This document shows positions 41,580-51,220 of a stretch of DNA of 64,000 nucleotides, piece by piece (positions within the stretch are counted from its first letter, which is position 1; each line of letters begins with the position of its first letter). Origin of the DNA: Alphaproteobacteria bacterium (GTDB taxonomy: Bacteria > Pseudomonadota > Alphaproteobacteria > GCA-2731375); assembly GCA_016776605.1 (NCBI GenBank), contig JADHTB010000017.1:18755-82754 (forward strand), read 5' to 3'. The position numbers and the translations under genes are program-made. Under the pieces are notes generated by a model, which was not told the origin of the DNA, ran no database searches, and saw only the letters and a program-made list of their open reading frames with translations.

Positions 41580-42459
41580 ACAAAAAGGGAAGTTGATTAT
41601 GCAAGGTCGAATGATTGGCGATATCGCGGTGCGGCGCATCATGGAGTACGAAGGTCCGTTTTTGGCGCCAAGCGATATTTTCGCCGAGGCCACGCCGGAG
41701 GCCCTGGCCCCGCACCGCCATTGGCTGGAACCAAAAGCCCTGGATCCGGAGACCGGCAAGCTGATTTTCCCCTTCCAATCCTATTTGGTGAAAACCAAGC
41801 ACCATACCATCCTGATTGATACCTGCATCGGCTGCGGCAAGACGATTAAGCACCGGCCACAATGGGCCAACCGCACGGATCAGGCCTGGTTAAACAATTT
41901 GCGCGCCGCCGGCGTCCAGCCGGAAGCCATCGACTATGTCTTTTGCACCCATCTGCACGTGGACCATGTCGGTTGGAACACCTCCTTGGTCGATGGCCGT
42001 TGGGTGCCGACATTCCCCAATGCCAAATACATCTTCGCCAAGGTTGAATACGCCGCCGCCGAGGCTGGCAATAATTCGATTTTTCGGGAAAGCGTGCTGC
42101 CGATCATGGAAGCCGGCCAGGCCCAGTTGGTGGAAACCGACTTCGCCCTGGACGATAATGTCTGGCTGCAATCGACGCCGGGGCATACCACCGGCCACGT
42201 GGCGGTTAACCTGGCCTCCAACGGGCACAGCGCGGTGATGTGCGGTGATCTGATCCATACACCGTTGCAATGCGCCCATCCGGAATGGAGCCCCCAGTTC
42301 GATCTGGACAAGGAACAGGCGCGTCAGACCCGGCGGCACTTTCTGGCCAGCAATGCCGAAGCCGGGCAAATGATACTAACGGCGCACTTCCCCTCCCCCT
42401 CCATCGGTCATGTGGTCGTCAAGGGCGATGCCTTCCAATTCAACTACTTAGAGGCTTAA
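41569..42459 (+). CDS. MBL-fold metallo-hydrolase
   Basis: THLHVDHVG, PTFPNA, PGHT.GH, GDLIH, AHF; start may be 41599. Confidence 0.88.
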   Translation: MQSEQKGKLIMQGRMIGDIAVRRIMEYEGPFLAPSDIFAEATPEALAPHRHWLEPKALDPETGKLIFPFQSYLVKTKHHTILIDTCIGCGKTIKHRPQWANRTDQAWLNNLRAAGVQPEAIDYVFCTHLHVDHVGWNTSLVDGRWVPTFPNAKYIFAKVEYAAAEAGNNSIFRESVLPIMEAGQAQLVETDFALDDNVWLQSTPGHTTGHVAVNLASNGHSAVMCGDLIHTPLQCAHPEWSPQFDLDKEQARQTRRHFLASNAEAGQMILTAHFPSPSIGHVVVKGDAFQFNYLEA

Positions 42460-42531
42460 TACCAAGCCGGACTTTCCATCCGGCTCGCCTCGTGCTGAAA
42501 TGAGTTGAGTTCATAAGCTGGGAGGTCTGTG

Positions 42532-44136
42532 ATGGTAGCGAAGCGGGCGAAATTCCTTGGCTGGGGTTATGAAGGCGAGGGCCTGACCCCCGACGAACAG
42601 GAAATGGTGCTGACGCGTTATGCGGAACGCTTTGGCGTGGACGGCTTTGAGCGGATCGCCGCGCCGACGCCGGATATGGTTGATCTGCATGGCCCGCGTA
42701 TCGGGGTGCCGGCCAAGCTGAAAGCGTTTTGTTCGACCGATGACTTCGACCGCCTGACCCACACCTATGGCAAAAGTTTCCCCGACTATGTGCGCATCTA
42801 TGACAAGAATTTCGCCAATGCGCCGGACATCGTAGCCTTTGCCAAGTCCGAAAATGATGTGACGGACGTGTTGGATTGGGCCACCGGGGCCAATGTGGCG
42901 GTGATCCCCTTTGGTGGCGGTTCCACCGTGGTGGGCGGCATCGAACCGGCGGTGGGTGGCGGCTTTGCCGGCACGCTGACTTTGGATCTGACCGGCCTGA
43001 ACCAGATATTGGAGATCGACAAGACCTCGCGAGCGGCCCGCATGCAGGGCGGTATCCGCTGCCCGGATATCGAGGCCGGGTTGCGGCCCCACGGCCTGAC
43101 CATGCGGCATTTCCCGCAAAGCTTTGATCTGGCGACCCTGGGCGGCATGATCGCCACCCGGTCGGGCGGGCATTTTGCCACGCTTTACACACATATTGAC
43201 GATTTCGTCGAAAGCACCCGTATGCTGACCCCCGCGGGCGCCATGGAAAGCCGCCGTCTGCCCGGCTCCGGCGCCGGGCCCAGCCCGGACCGTCTGGCAA
43301 TCGGTTCGGAAGGCGCCCTGGGCATCATCACCGAAGCTTGGATGCGTTTGCAGGACCGCCCAACCCATCGGCGGTCCACCGCCATCAACTTCAATGACTT
43401 CAGCCGGGCGGTGGAGGCCGTGCGGCAGTTAACCCAATCAGGCCTGTTCCCCTCCAACGTGCGCCTGTTGGACCGCATGGAAGCCCTGTTGAACGGCGCC
43501 GGCGATGGCAGCCACGACGTGGTGGTGCTGGGCTTTGAAAGCGCCGATCACCCGGTGGACGCCTGGATGGAACGCGGCCTGGCGATCTGCCGTGAACTGG
43601 GCGGCAGCTATGACGAGGCGGCCTCCAAAGCAGAGGACAGCAATACCTCGGGCGCGGCGGGGGCCTGGCGCGCGGCCTTTATCAAGATGCCCCATTTCCG
43701 CGATGCCTTGATCTCGGCGGCGGTCATTTCCGATACCTTTGAAACCGCTATCACCTGGGATAAATTCCACAGCTTCCACGAAAATGTCACGGCCGCGACG
43801 GAGCAGGCGATAGAGGACGTGACCGGCGCCAAGGGCATCGTCACCTGCCGTTTCACCCACGCCTATCCAGACGGCGCGGCGCCGTACTACACATTCCAGG
43901 GGTTGGGCAAACATGGCGGCCTGTCCGAACAGTGGCACGAAATCAAGCGGCGGGCCGCCGATGCCGTGATCGACAATGGCGGCACCATCACCCACCATCA
44001 CGCGGTCGGCCGCGACCACATGCCCTGGTACGAGCGGCAACGGCCGGCGGTTTTCGGCCTGGCCCTGCAAGGCGCCAAGGACAAATTGGACCCGGCCGGA
44101 ATTCTCAACCCCGGTGTTATCGTTCCACTGGCATAA
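42532..44136 (+). CDS. FAD-linked oxidase, alkyl-DHAP synthase-like
   Basis: PFGGGSTVVGG, HFPQSF, TLGGMIATRSGG, GSEG.LG, THHHAVG, DP.GILNPG. Confidence 0.85.
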   Translation: MVAKRAKFLGWGYEGEGLTPDEQEMVLTRYAERFGVDGFERIAAPTPDMVDLHGPRIGVPAKLKAFCSTDDFDRLTHTYGKSFPDYVRIYDKNFANAPDIVAFAKSENDVTDVLDWATGANVAVIPFGGGSTVVGGIEPAVGGGFAGTLTLDLTGLNQILEIDKTSRAARMQGGIRCPDIEAGLRPHGLTMRHFPQSFDLATLGGMIATRSGGHFATLYTHIDDFVESTRMLTPAGAMESRRLPGSGAGPSPDRLAIGSEGALGIITEAWMRLQDRPTHRRSTAINFNDFSRAVEAVRQLTQSGLFPSNVRLLDRMEALLNGAGDGSHDVVVLGFESADHPVDAWMERGLAICRELGGSYDEAASKAEDSNTSGAAGAWRAAFIKMPHFRDALISAAVISDTFETAITWDKFHSFHENVTAATEQAIEDVTGAKGIVTCRFTHAYPDGAAPYYTFQGLGKHGGLSEQWHEIKRRAADAVIDNGGTITHHHAVGRDHMPWYERQRPAVFGLALQGAKDKLDPAGILNPGVIVPLA

Positions 44137-44152
44137 GTAGGAGGGCAGCAGC

Positions 44153-45001
44153 ATGAAATTATTGAGCTTCAGTACGCGGACCGGGGATAGTTACGGGCTG
44201 GTGCATGGCGACGGCGTGATCGATCTGGGCCAACGGCTGGGCGGCAAGTATGCCGATCTGCGTTCATTGTTGGAGGGCGACGGCCTGGCCGAGGCCGCGG
44301 CAACGGCAAAGGGCGCGTCCGCCGATTACGGCCTTGACGCCATTACCTATCACCAAGTCATTCCCAACGCCCGGCGGATCATCTGCATCGGCCTGAACTA
44401 CCGCGAACATGCGGCGGAAATGGGCATGGATTTTCCCGAAAATCCGTCGCTGTTTTCCAAATGGCCCGACGCCCTGGTCGGCCATGAACAGGACATAGTG
44501 CGGCCCAGGGCCTCGAGCCATTTTGACTATGAAGGCGAACTGGCCTTTATTATCGGCAAGCCGGGCCGCCATATAACGGAAGGCGAGGCCATGGCCCATG
44601 TGGCCGGCTATACCCCATTCCTGGATGGCAGCGTGCGCGACTTTCAAGGTCAGTCGGTGATCGCCGGCAAGAACTTTCAACACAGCGGCTCCTGCGGCCC
44701 GTGGATGACCACCGCCGACGAAGTGCCCGACCCCACGAAGCTGCAGTTGACTACACGGCTAAACGGCAACGTGGTGCAGAATGAAAGCACCGAGCAATTG
44801 TTTTATTCGGTCGCCAACATCATCGCCTATATCTCGCAATTCACGCCGTTGCATCCGGGCGACGTCATCGCCACCGGCACGCCCAGCGGCGTGGGCGCGG
44901 GCCGCAAGCCGCCGTTGTGGATGAAACCCGGCGACCGCATCGAGGTGGAGATTTCCGGCCTGGGCTGCCTCGCCAACAACGTGGTGGCGGAGGAAGGTTA
45001 G
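44153..45001 (+). CDS. Fumarylacetoacetate hydrolase family protein
   Basis: CIGLNY..H, DYEGEL, GKNF, GDVIATGTPSGVG. Confidence 0.9.
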   Translation: MKLLSFSTRTGDSYGLVHGDGVIDLGQRLGGKYADLRSLLEGDGLAEAAATAKGASADYGLDAITYHQVIPNARRIICIGLNYREHAAEMGMDFPENPSLFSKWPDALVGHEQDIVRPRASSHFDYEGELAFIIGKPGRHITEGEAMAHVAGYTPFLDGSVRDFQGQSVIAGKNFQHSGSCGPWMTTADEVPDPTKLQLTTRLNGNVVQNESTEQLFYSVANIIAYISQFTPLHPGDVIATGTPSGVGAGRKPPLWMKPGDRIEVEISGLGCLANNVVAEEG

Positions 45002-45060
45002 AGTATCCGTTATAGGCAAGGCCTAATTTCAATCCAAGCTCGGTTAACTTTGAATGCGCG

Positions 45061-45606
45061 CTAGGTCGCCTGCACCCAACTTTGCAGGATGGCATGGGCT
45101 TGCCGGCCATCACGCACGAACCGCGCGGCCTGGGGTTGATCGCTGGCCGCGAATTCCAGGCGGTAACCGTTCGGGTCGTGAAAATAAATCGAGCTGAAGA
45201 CGCCGTGATCAATGGGGCCTTCGACATCGATACCCTGGGCGGTCAGGCGGTCCCGCCAGATATCCAGGGCGGCATGATCGGCCACGCCCATGGCGAAATG
45301 CAGGTCCATGCCCCATTGCCGCTTGAATTCGAAGGGCGGCGCGCCGCCCCCCTCATCGGCCACCTCGAAAAAAGCAATGTAGTTGGGCGCCCCATCAGCG
45401 CTGCCCCCGATATCGAAGAAGACATGCATATAGCGCAGGGCCTCGCCGGTGGTGGGGTGTTCGGCAATATCCAGGGCCTGCGCCATGCGGAAGCCCAGCA
45501 CGTCTTCATAAAACGCCCGGGTCTGTTCGGCATTGCGGCAGCGGAAAGCGGCGTGGTGGGCGCCCGTAACCGGGGGCAAGCCTGGATTGGTTGGCGTAGA
45601 TGTCAT
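45061..45606 (-). CDS. VOC/glyoxalase family protein
   Basis: HHAAFRC, FYEDVLG, LHFA, DHG..SIYF.DPNG.RLE; ATG 45606 after GGAGG. Confidence 0.87.
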   Translation of the reverse strand: MTSTPTNPGLPPVTGAHHAAFRCRNAEQTRAFYEDVLGFRMAQALDIAEHPTTGEALRYMHVFFDIGGSADGAPNYIAFFEVADEGGGAPPFEFKRQWGMDLHFAMGVADHAALDIWRDRLTAQGIDVEGPIDHGVFSSIYFHDPNGYRLEFAASDQPQAARFVRDGRQAHAILQSWVQAT

Positions 45607-45707
45607 CAGGACCTCCATCTTCACGACGGTGGCATGTTAACAGATTTATCGATTTTTTTTCGTTCAGATTTCCCCTGCCGGCAAAACCAATGGTGTAACA
45701 TTCGGCC

Positions 45708-46895
45708 ATGACTGAAAAACGGGAAAGCATCATTGTAGCGGGTGCCGGCATTGGCGGTCTGACATTGGCCTTGTGCCTGGCGCGGGCCGGCTTCACGGTC
45801 ACCGTGTTGGAACAGGCAAAAGTGTTGGGCGAGGTCGGCGCGGGGGTACAGATCAGCGCCAATGGCGCGCGGGTGCTGTATCACCTTGGTCTGGCCGAGG
45901 CGCTGCAGGCCGTGGCGTTCAAGCCGGAACGGGGCGAGATGCGCCATTGGCAAAGCGGCGAAACCCTAAGCTCGCGGCCCCTGGGCCAGGCCAGCGAAGA
46001 GACCTTTGGCTTTCCCTATTTTCATCTGCACCGTGCCGATTTTCATGCCGTCCTGGCCGAGGCGCTGGAACGCGAAGCCCCTGGCGCGGTTCATCTAGGC
46101 GCCAAGGTGACAGGTTTTAGCCAATCGAATGAGGGTGTAACCGTCACGACCGAGGCGGGCGAAAGTGTCTCTGGCGATATACTGGTCGGCAGCGACGGCA
46201 TTCACTCCGCCATTCGCACGCAATTATTCGGGCCGGATGCGCCGCGCTTCACGGGCTGCGTCGCCTGGCGCGCCACGGTGCCGGTCGGCGCCCTGCCGCC
46301 GGGCCATGTGCGTCCCGTGGCCTCCAACTGGATCGGCCGTGGCGGTCATTTCGTGCATTACTATGTGCGCCGGGGCGAGTTGGTGAATTGCGTCGGGATC
46401 ATGGAACAGGATGAATGGCAGGCCGAATCCTGGTCAAGCGAGGGCGCCAAGGCGGGTTTTCTAGCTGATTTCAAGGACTGGCACGAGGATGTCCAAATCC
46501 TGATGCGCCAGGCGGAAAGCTGCTTTCGCTGGGGCCTGTTTGACCGCGACCCCATGCCACGCTGGGGCGAGGGCCGGGTTACCCTGCTGGGAGACGCCTG
46601 TCATCCCATGCTGCCCTTCATGGCCCAGGGCGCGGTCATGGCCATCGAAGACGCCTATACCCTGGCGCAATGTCTTGCTGTGGGAACGGCGGAGCCATCC
46701 GCATCGCTGCGACGCTATGAAGATCTGCGGCGGGAGCGCACGGCGACGGTGCAGCAGATGTCCCGGGACAACATCCAATTCTTCCACAACGCGGATATCC
46801 CCAATCTGGTGGAGCGCATGAGCAAGCACCGCGCGGCGCATTTGTGGCTCTACGGCTTCGACGTCACCGACCAGGATTTCGCGGCTTCCACCTAG
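45708..46895 (+). CDS. FAD-dependent monooxygenase (salicylate hydroxylase-like)
   Basis: GAGIGGL, EVGAGVQ, HRAD, DGIHS, LLGDACHPMLPFMAQGA. Confidence 0.9.
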   Translation: MTEKRESIIVAGAGIGGLTLALCLARAGFTVTVLEQAKVLGEVGAGVQISANGARVLYHLGLAEALQAVAFKPERGEMRHWQSGETLSSRPLGQASEETFGFPYFHLHRADFHAVLAEALEREAPGAVHLGAKVTGFSQSNEGVTVTTEAGESVSGDILVGSDGIHSAIRTQLFGPDAPRFTGCVAWRATVPVGALPPGHVRPVASNWIGRGGHFVHYYVRRGELVNCVGIMEQDEWQAESWSSEGAKAGFLADFKDWHEDVQILMRQAESCFRWGLFDRDPMPRWGEGRVTLLGDACHPMLPFMAQGAVMAIEDAYTLAQCLAVGTAEPSASLRRYEDLRRERTATVQQMSRDNIQFFHNADIPNLVERMSKHRAAHLWLYGFDVTDQDFAAST

Positions 46896-47656
46896 CCGAT
46901 AGAGACTGTGCGGCCACCGTCGATAACCAGGCTGGTGCCGGTGACATAGGCGCCGGCGTCCGAGGCCAGGTACAGCACCGCATAGCCAATTTCATTCGGT
47001 CGGCCCAGGCGGCCCAGTGGGGTCTGTGCGATGGCGCGCTGTTTCCCCTCGTCGCCGAAAGCATCGGCCAGGGTGGTGTCGAACAGGCCGGGCAGGACGG
47101 TGTTGACACGGATGCCGAATTCACCGAACTCCAACGCGAAGGCCCTGGTCATGCCGTCCAACGACGCCTTGAAGGTGGAATACAGCGCCAGCATGGGCGT
47201 CGCGTGCCGGGCCGCCGTCGACGAGATATTGACGATACTGCCGCCGCCGACTTGTTGCATAAGCTTCACCGCGCCCACCGACATCTGCCAATAGCCGCCA
47301 ATATTGACCTCCAGCGCCTTTTTCAACAGGCCCGGATCGGTATCGAGAATACTGCGCCAGGGGCTGAGCACGGCATTGTTAACCAGGATATCAAGGCGGC
47401 CATGTTGTGCAGCCAGATATTGGTACATAGCCTCGATCGCCGCGCCGTCGCCAATGTTGCAGGCGCGGCCCTCGGCGCTGAAACCAAGGTCACGGAATTC
47501 GGCAGCGACGGCATCACAGGCATCCTGCTTGCGGCTGGAAATAACCACATGGGCGCCGTGTTCGGCCAGAACCTGCGCCGTGGCCCGGCCCAGGCCCATG
47601 GTCGAGCCGGTGACCAGCGCCACCCGGCCATGCAAATCGAATATCTGGTCCGCCAT
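46892..47656 (-). CDS. Short-chain dehydrogenase/reductase
   Basis: TGSTMGLG, NNA, NISS, YSTFK, IDGG. Confidence 0.9.
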   Translation of the reverse strand: MADQIFDLHGRVALVTGSTMGLGRATAQVLAEHGAHVVISSRKQDACDAVAAEFRDLGFSAEGRACNIGDGAAIEAMYQYLAAQHGRLDILVNNAVLSPWRSILDTDPGLLKKALEVNIGGYWQMSVGAVKLMQQVGGGSIVNISSTAARHATPMLALYSTFKASLDGMTRAFALEFGEFGIRVNTVLPGLFDTTLADAFGDEGKQRAIAQTPLGRLGRPNEIGYAVLYLASDAGAYVTGTSLVIDGGRTVSIG

Positions 47657-47668
47657 GGTCTGCTCGGA

Positions 47669-47992
47669 TCAGGGGTGCGGGCCCCAGGGCGACGCGTTCA
47701 GCAACTGCACGGTCTGGGTCATGATCATCGGCCGCAGCTTGCCCGCGAAAGCCATGAAGTCATCGTCCTGGAACAGGGTGTTCCAATGATTGCGGCGGTC
47801 AGCATCGTCGTCGAACTTCCACAAATGCACCAACTGGTTCAGGGTCCCCACATCAGAGGTAAAATAGCCCACCAGCTTGGCGCCGAAGCCGCCCTTTTCC
47901 AATGCCCGCCAACCTTCATCGCCGTAAAGTTTGACCACCTCGCCCAACCGCCCCACGTACAGGGTGTAGGTGCGCAATTCATACAATGCCAT
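47669..47992 (-). CDS. NIPSNAP family protein
   Basis: YELRTY, G.LNQLVHLW, R...W pattern. Confidence 0.88.
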   Translation of the reverse strand: MALYELRTYTLYVGRLGEVVKLYGDEGWRALEKGGFGAKLVGYFTSDVGTLNQLVHLWKFDDDADRRNHWNTLFQDDDFMAFAGKLRPMIMTQTVQLLNASPWGPHP

Positions 47993-48001
47993 GACAATCT
48001 C

Positions 48002-48838
48002 CTATGCGGTTAGTGGTGCATACTTATCCAGCAGCCCCATGATCTCGTCGCGTGGCGCCGAGGGCAGGGTCAGCAGGGCCCGGTTTATACCGGCCTCGGC
48101 ATAGCCCGCCAAAACGCCGGCATCGGCCGGGGCGCCAAACACGCTGACGGATAGTTCCGAGACATCGCGCCCGGCTTCATCCGCGAAGTTTTTTAGCCGC
48201 GCCATATTCGCGGCGGCATCGAAACCGTTGCGGGCGCGGGGCAGCCAGCCATCGCAATAATCCACCACACGGCGCAGGGTATAGTCGGTCTCGCCGCCCA
48301 GGATCACTGGGGCATGAGGCTTTTGCACCGGCTTGGGATAGGCCCAGGACGCATCGAAGTTGACATACTCGCCATGATAGGCGGCGTCTTCCTCGGTCCA
48401 CAGCGCCTTCATGGCCAGCACCTGCTCGCGCATCTGGGCAAAACGGGTTTTGTACTCGACGCCATGGTCGTTCATCTCTTCCACGTTCCAGCCACCGCCG
48501 ATGCCAAAGATAAAGCGGCCGTTGGACATCATGTCCAGGCTGGCCACGGACTTGGCGGTAACGATCGCCTCGCGCTGGGCGAGTAAGCAGATGCCGGTGC
48601 CCAGTTTCAAATTTTTGGTCACGGCGGCAGCATAGGCCAGGGCCACGAACGGGTCGTGGGTATGCCAATAATCCTTGGGCAGATCCGCACCGCCGGGCCA
48701 GGGTGAAATGCGCGAGGCAGGAATGTGGGTATGCTCCGGCAGGAACAGGGCATCAAAGCCGCGCTCTTCCAAGGCAATGGCCAACTCGTCCGTGCGAATG
48801 CTGTAATCCGTCGCGAAAATTAAGACGCCGACTTCCAT
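48002..48838 (-). CDS. LLM-class flavin/F420-dependent oxidoreductase
   Basis: PEHTHIP, DPFVAL, LGTGICL, GGWNVEEM, PKPVQKPH; ATG 48838 after GGAGG. Confidence 0.9.
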   Translation of the reverse strand: MEVGVLIFATDYSIRTDELAIALEERGFDALFLPEHTHIPASRISPWPGGADLPKDYWHTHDPFVALAYAAAVTKNLKLGTGICLLAQREAIVTAKSVASLDMMSNGRFIFGIGGGWNVEEMNDHGVEYKTRFAQMREQVLAMKALWTEEDAAYHGEYVNFDASWAYPKPVQKPHAPVILGGETDYTLRRVVDYCDGWLPRARNGFDAAANMARLKNFADEAGRDVSELSVSVFGAPADAGVLAGYAEAGINRALLTLPSAPRDEIMGLLDKYAPLTA

Positions 48839-48908
48839 GATAACGCTCCTCCCCATTTTGATTAAGGCACCATTAGAGCCAACCGTCCGGCTTCTGTCTA
48901 CTGCGGCA

Positions 48909-49013
48909 CTAGAGCAATTCCGAATTAATGAGAATCGCGAAGCGATTCTAAGTGATTGGAAAAATTGCTCTAATTCTAAAGATCTGAGCATTTTCAGAAT
49001 GAAAATGCTCTAG
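48909..49013. repeat. 105-bp TAGAGCA-terminated palindromic element, copy 2
   Basis: CTAGAGCAATT...GAAAATGCTCTAG; lies in a divergent intergenic region. Confidence 0.92.
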
Positions 49014-49081
49014 GCAGAAGTGCCGCAACGTCGTAAATTGCGGCCAACAATCACCGATATTAGATAGGACGGACCTAAATC

Positions 49082-49939
49082 ATGCGCATCGCCACCATCA
49101 ATCACAACGGCACCCCCACCCTGGCCGTCCGCAAGGGCGACAATTATGTTGATCTGTCCAAGGCGGCGCCGAACCTGCCGCAAGATATGGTTTCCCTGCT
49201 GCAGGCCGGCGCCCTGGACAAGGCCAACCAGGCGGCCCAGGCGGCCGGCGACGATGCCCTGATCCCCGCCGCCGGCGTGACCTATCTGCCGGTAGTGACC
49301 AACCCGCCGACAATTTTGTGCTGTGGCCTGAACTACCGTGACCACGCCATCGAAACCGGCAACGCGATCCCCGACTATCCGATCATCTTTGTCCGCTCGG
49401 CCACCTCCCTGGCGGCCCACAACGCTCCGATGATCCTGCCCAAGGCGGCCTCGGATTATGATTACGAGGCGGAGCTGGCGGTAATTATCGGCAAGGGTGG
49501 CCGGCATATCAGCAAGGACAAGGCGCTGGATCATGTCGCCGGCTATGCCTGTTTCAACGACGGTTCCATCCGCAGCTATCAGTTCAAGGCGCCGCAATGG
49601 ACCATGGGCAAGAATTTCGACGCCTCGGGCGGCTTTGGCCCCGAATTGGTGACCCCCGACGAATTGCCCAATGGCGTTGGTGACCTGCGCATTCAATGCC
49701 GCCTGAACGGCGAGACCTTGCAGGATTCATCCACCAAGCAGCATATCTTTGATGTGCCGGCGGTGATTGCCGCCTTGACCGAGGTGATGACCCTGACCGC
49801 CGGCGATGTGATCATCATGGGCACCCCGCCCGGTGTTGGCGCCGCCCGTACCCCGCCTGTCTGGATGAAGGACGGCGACGTCTGCGAGATCGAGATCGAG
49901 GGCATTGGCATCCTGTCCAACCCCATCGTCGCCGAGTAA
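49082..49939 (+). CDS. Fumarylacetoacetate hydrolase family protein
   Basis: GLNYRDH, DYEAEL, NDGSIR, GKNF, GTPPGVG. Confidence 0.9.
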   Translation: MRIATINHNGTPTLAVRKGDNYVDLSKAAPNLPQDMVSLLQAGALDKANQAAQAAGDDALIPAAGVTYLPVVTNPPTILCCGLNYRDHAIETGNAIPDYPIIFVRSATSLAAHNAPMILPKAASDYDYEAELAVIIGKGGRHISKDKALDHVAGYACFNDGSIRSYQFKAPQWTMGKNFDASGGFGPELVTPDELPNGVGDLRIQCRLNGETLQDSSTKQHIFDVPAVIAALTEVMTLTAGDVIIMGTPPGVGAARTPPVWMKDGDVCEIEIEGIGILSNPIVAE

Positions 49940-49963
49940 ACGCAGCGGGTTGAACTGCCGGAC

Positions 49964-51175
49964 ATGGCTATTCTGGAAGCGCCGCCACGCCCCCTGCCGG
50001 GCCTGAGAGAGAGTCTGGCGGGCGTTAACCGCCATAATCTGGTCAACGCCCTGGTGGCCTGGCTGTTCGCCATTTCCGGCCCCGTGGTGATCATTCTGGC
50101 CGTGGGCCGGCAGGGTGGCTTGCGGCCCGAGGATATCAGTTCGTGGGTGTTTTCCGCCTTTGTCTTTGGCGGCCTGTTGACCATGGGCTTTTCCTATATC
50201 TTCCGCCAGCCCATCGCCATTATGTGGACCATACCCGGCGCGGTGCTGGTCGGCGGCGCCCTGCAACATCTGTCCTTCGCCGAGGTGATCGGGGCCTACC
50301 TTGTTTGCGGCGTGCTGATTGCCTTTCTGGGCATAACAGGTCTGGTGCGCCGCATCATGGCGGCGATCCCCATGCCTATCGTCATGGCCATGGTGGCGGG
50401 CGTCTTCCTGCCCTTTGGCCTGAACATCATCACCGCGTTTGAAGAGGCGACGATGATGGCGGTGGCCATGGTGGCCGCATTCGCCATTCCCACCGCGATC
50501 CCCAGTTTGGGGCGGGTGCTGCCGCCCGTGCTCTGCGCCCTGGCGGCGGGCACCGTTGCGATCATCTTTTCAGGACAAATGACCGGGGTGGAGATACCGC
50601 CCCTGGCCCTGGCCCAGCCGATTTTATACACCCCGGTGTTTACCCTGCGCGCCCTGGGCGAATTGGTGGTGCCCCTGGCGGTAACGGTGATCGCGGCCCA
50701 GAACGCCCAGGGTTTCGTCATTCTGCGCCAGGCCGGGTTCGAGCCGCCAGAAAACGGCCTGACCGTGACCTGCGGCCTGGGCAGCCTGCTGTTCGGCATT
50801 TTCGGCTCTGTGCCAACCTGTGTGACCGGGCCGGCGAACGCGATCCTGAATACCTCCGGCGCCAAGGAACGGCGCTATATGGCCGGCGTTATATTCGGCC
50901 TGCTAGCCATTGCCTTTGGCCTGTTCGCGCCCTTTACCACCGGCCTGGGCCTGGTGCTGCCGGCGGTCTTCATCAACCTGCTGGGCGGTCTGGCCATGCT
51001 GGGGGTGCTGCAAAGCGCCTTCACCACCGCCTTCAACGGCCCCCACGCCCTGGGCGCCCTGGTCAGCTTTCTGGTCACCCTGTCCGGCGTCGCCATCCTG
51101 AACGTGGGCGCGCCGTTCTGGGGCCTGGCCTTCGGCTATGCGGTCACCCTGTTACTGCAACGCCGGAGCGCGTAG
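49964..51175 (+). CDS. benE: Benzoate/H+ symporter BenE family transporter
   Basis: About 12 TM segments; WTIPGA, AMVAGV, QNAQG, GAPFWGL motifs. Confidence 0.8.
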   Translation: MAILEAPPRPLPGLRESLAGVNRHNLVNALVAWLFAISGPVVIILAVGRQGGLRPEDISSWVFSAFVFGGLLTMGFSYIFRQPIAIMWTIPGAVLVGGALQHLSFAEVIGAYLVCGVLIAFLGITGLVRRIMAAIPMPIVMAMVAGVFLPFGLNIITAFEEATMMAVAMVAAFAIPTAIPSLGRVLPPVLCALAAGTVAIIFSGQMTGVEIPPLALAQPILYTPVFTLRALGELVVPLAVTVIAAQNAQGFVILRQAGFEPPENGLTVTCGLGSLLFGIFGSVPTCVTGPANAILNTSGAKERRYMAGVIFGLLAIAFGLFAPFTTGLGLVLPAVFINLLGGLAMLGVLQSAFTTAFNGPHALGALVSFLVTLSGVAILNVGAPFWGLAFGYAVTLLLQRRSA

Positions 51176-51220
51176 CCCCCGTTCGAGATGCCCGACTATT
51201 CGATGCAGGTCGGCAAGAAT

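Noticed and set aside
48839-48991. N-terminal extension of the LLM ORF, and ORFs 58389-58619, 58616-58912 and 55030-55262
   Set aside because: These frames run through the repeat elements; for the LLM gene an SD-supported start lies downstream at 48838
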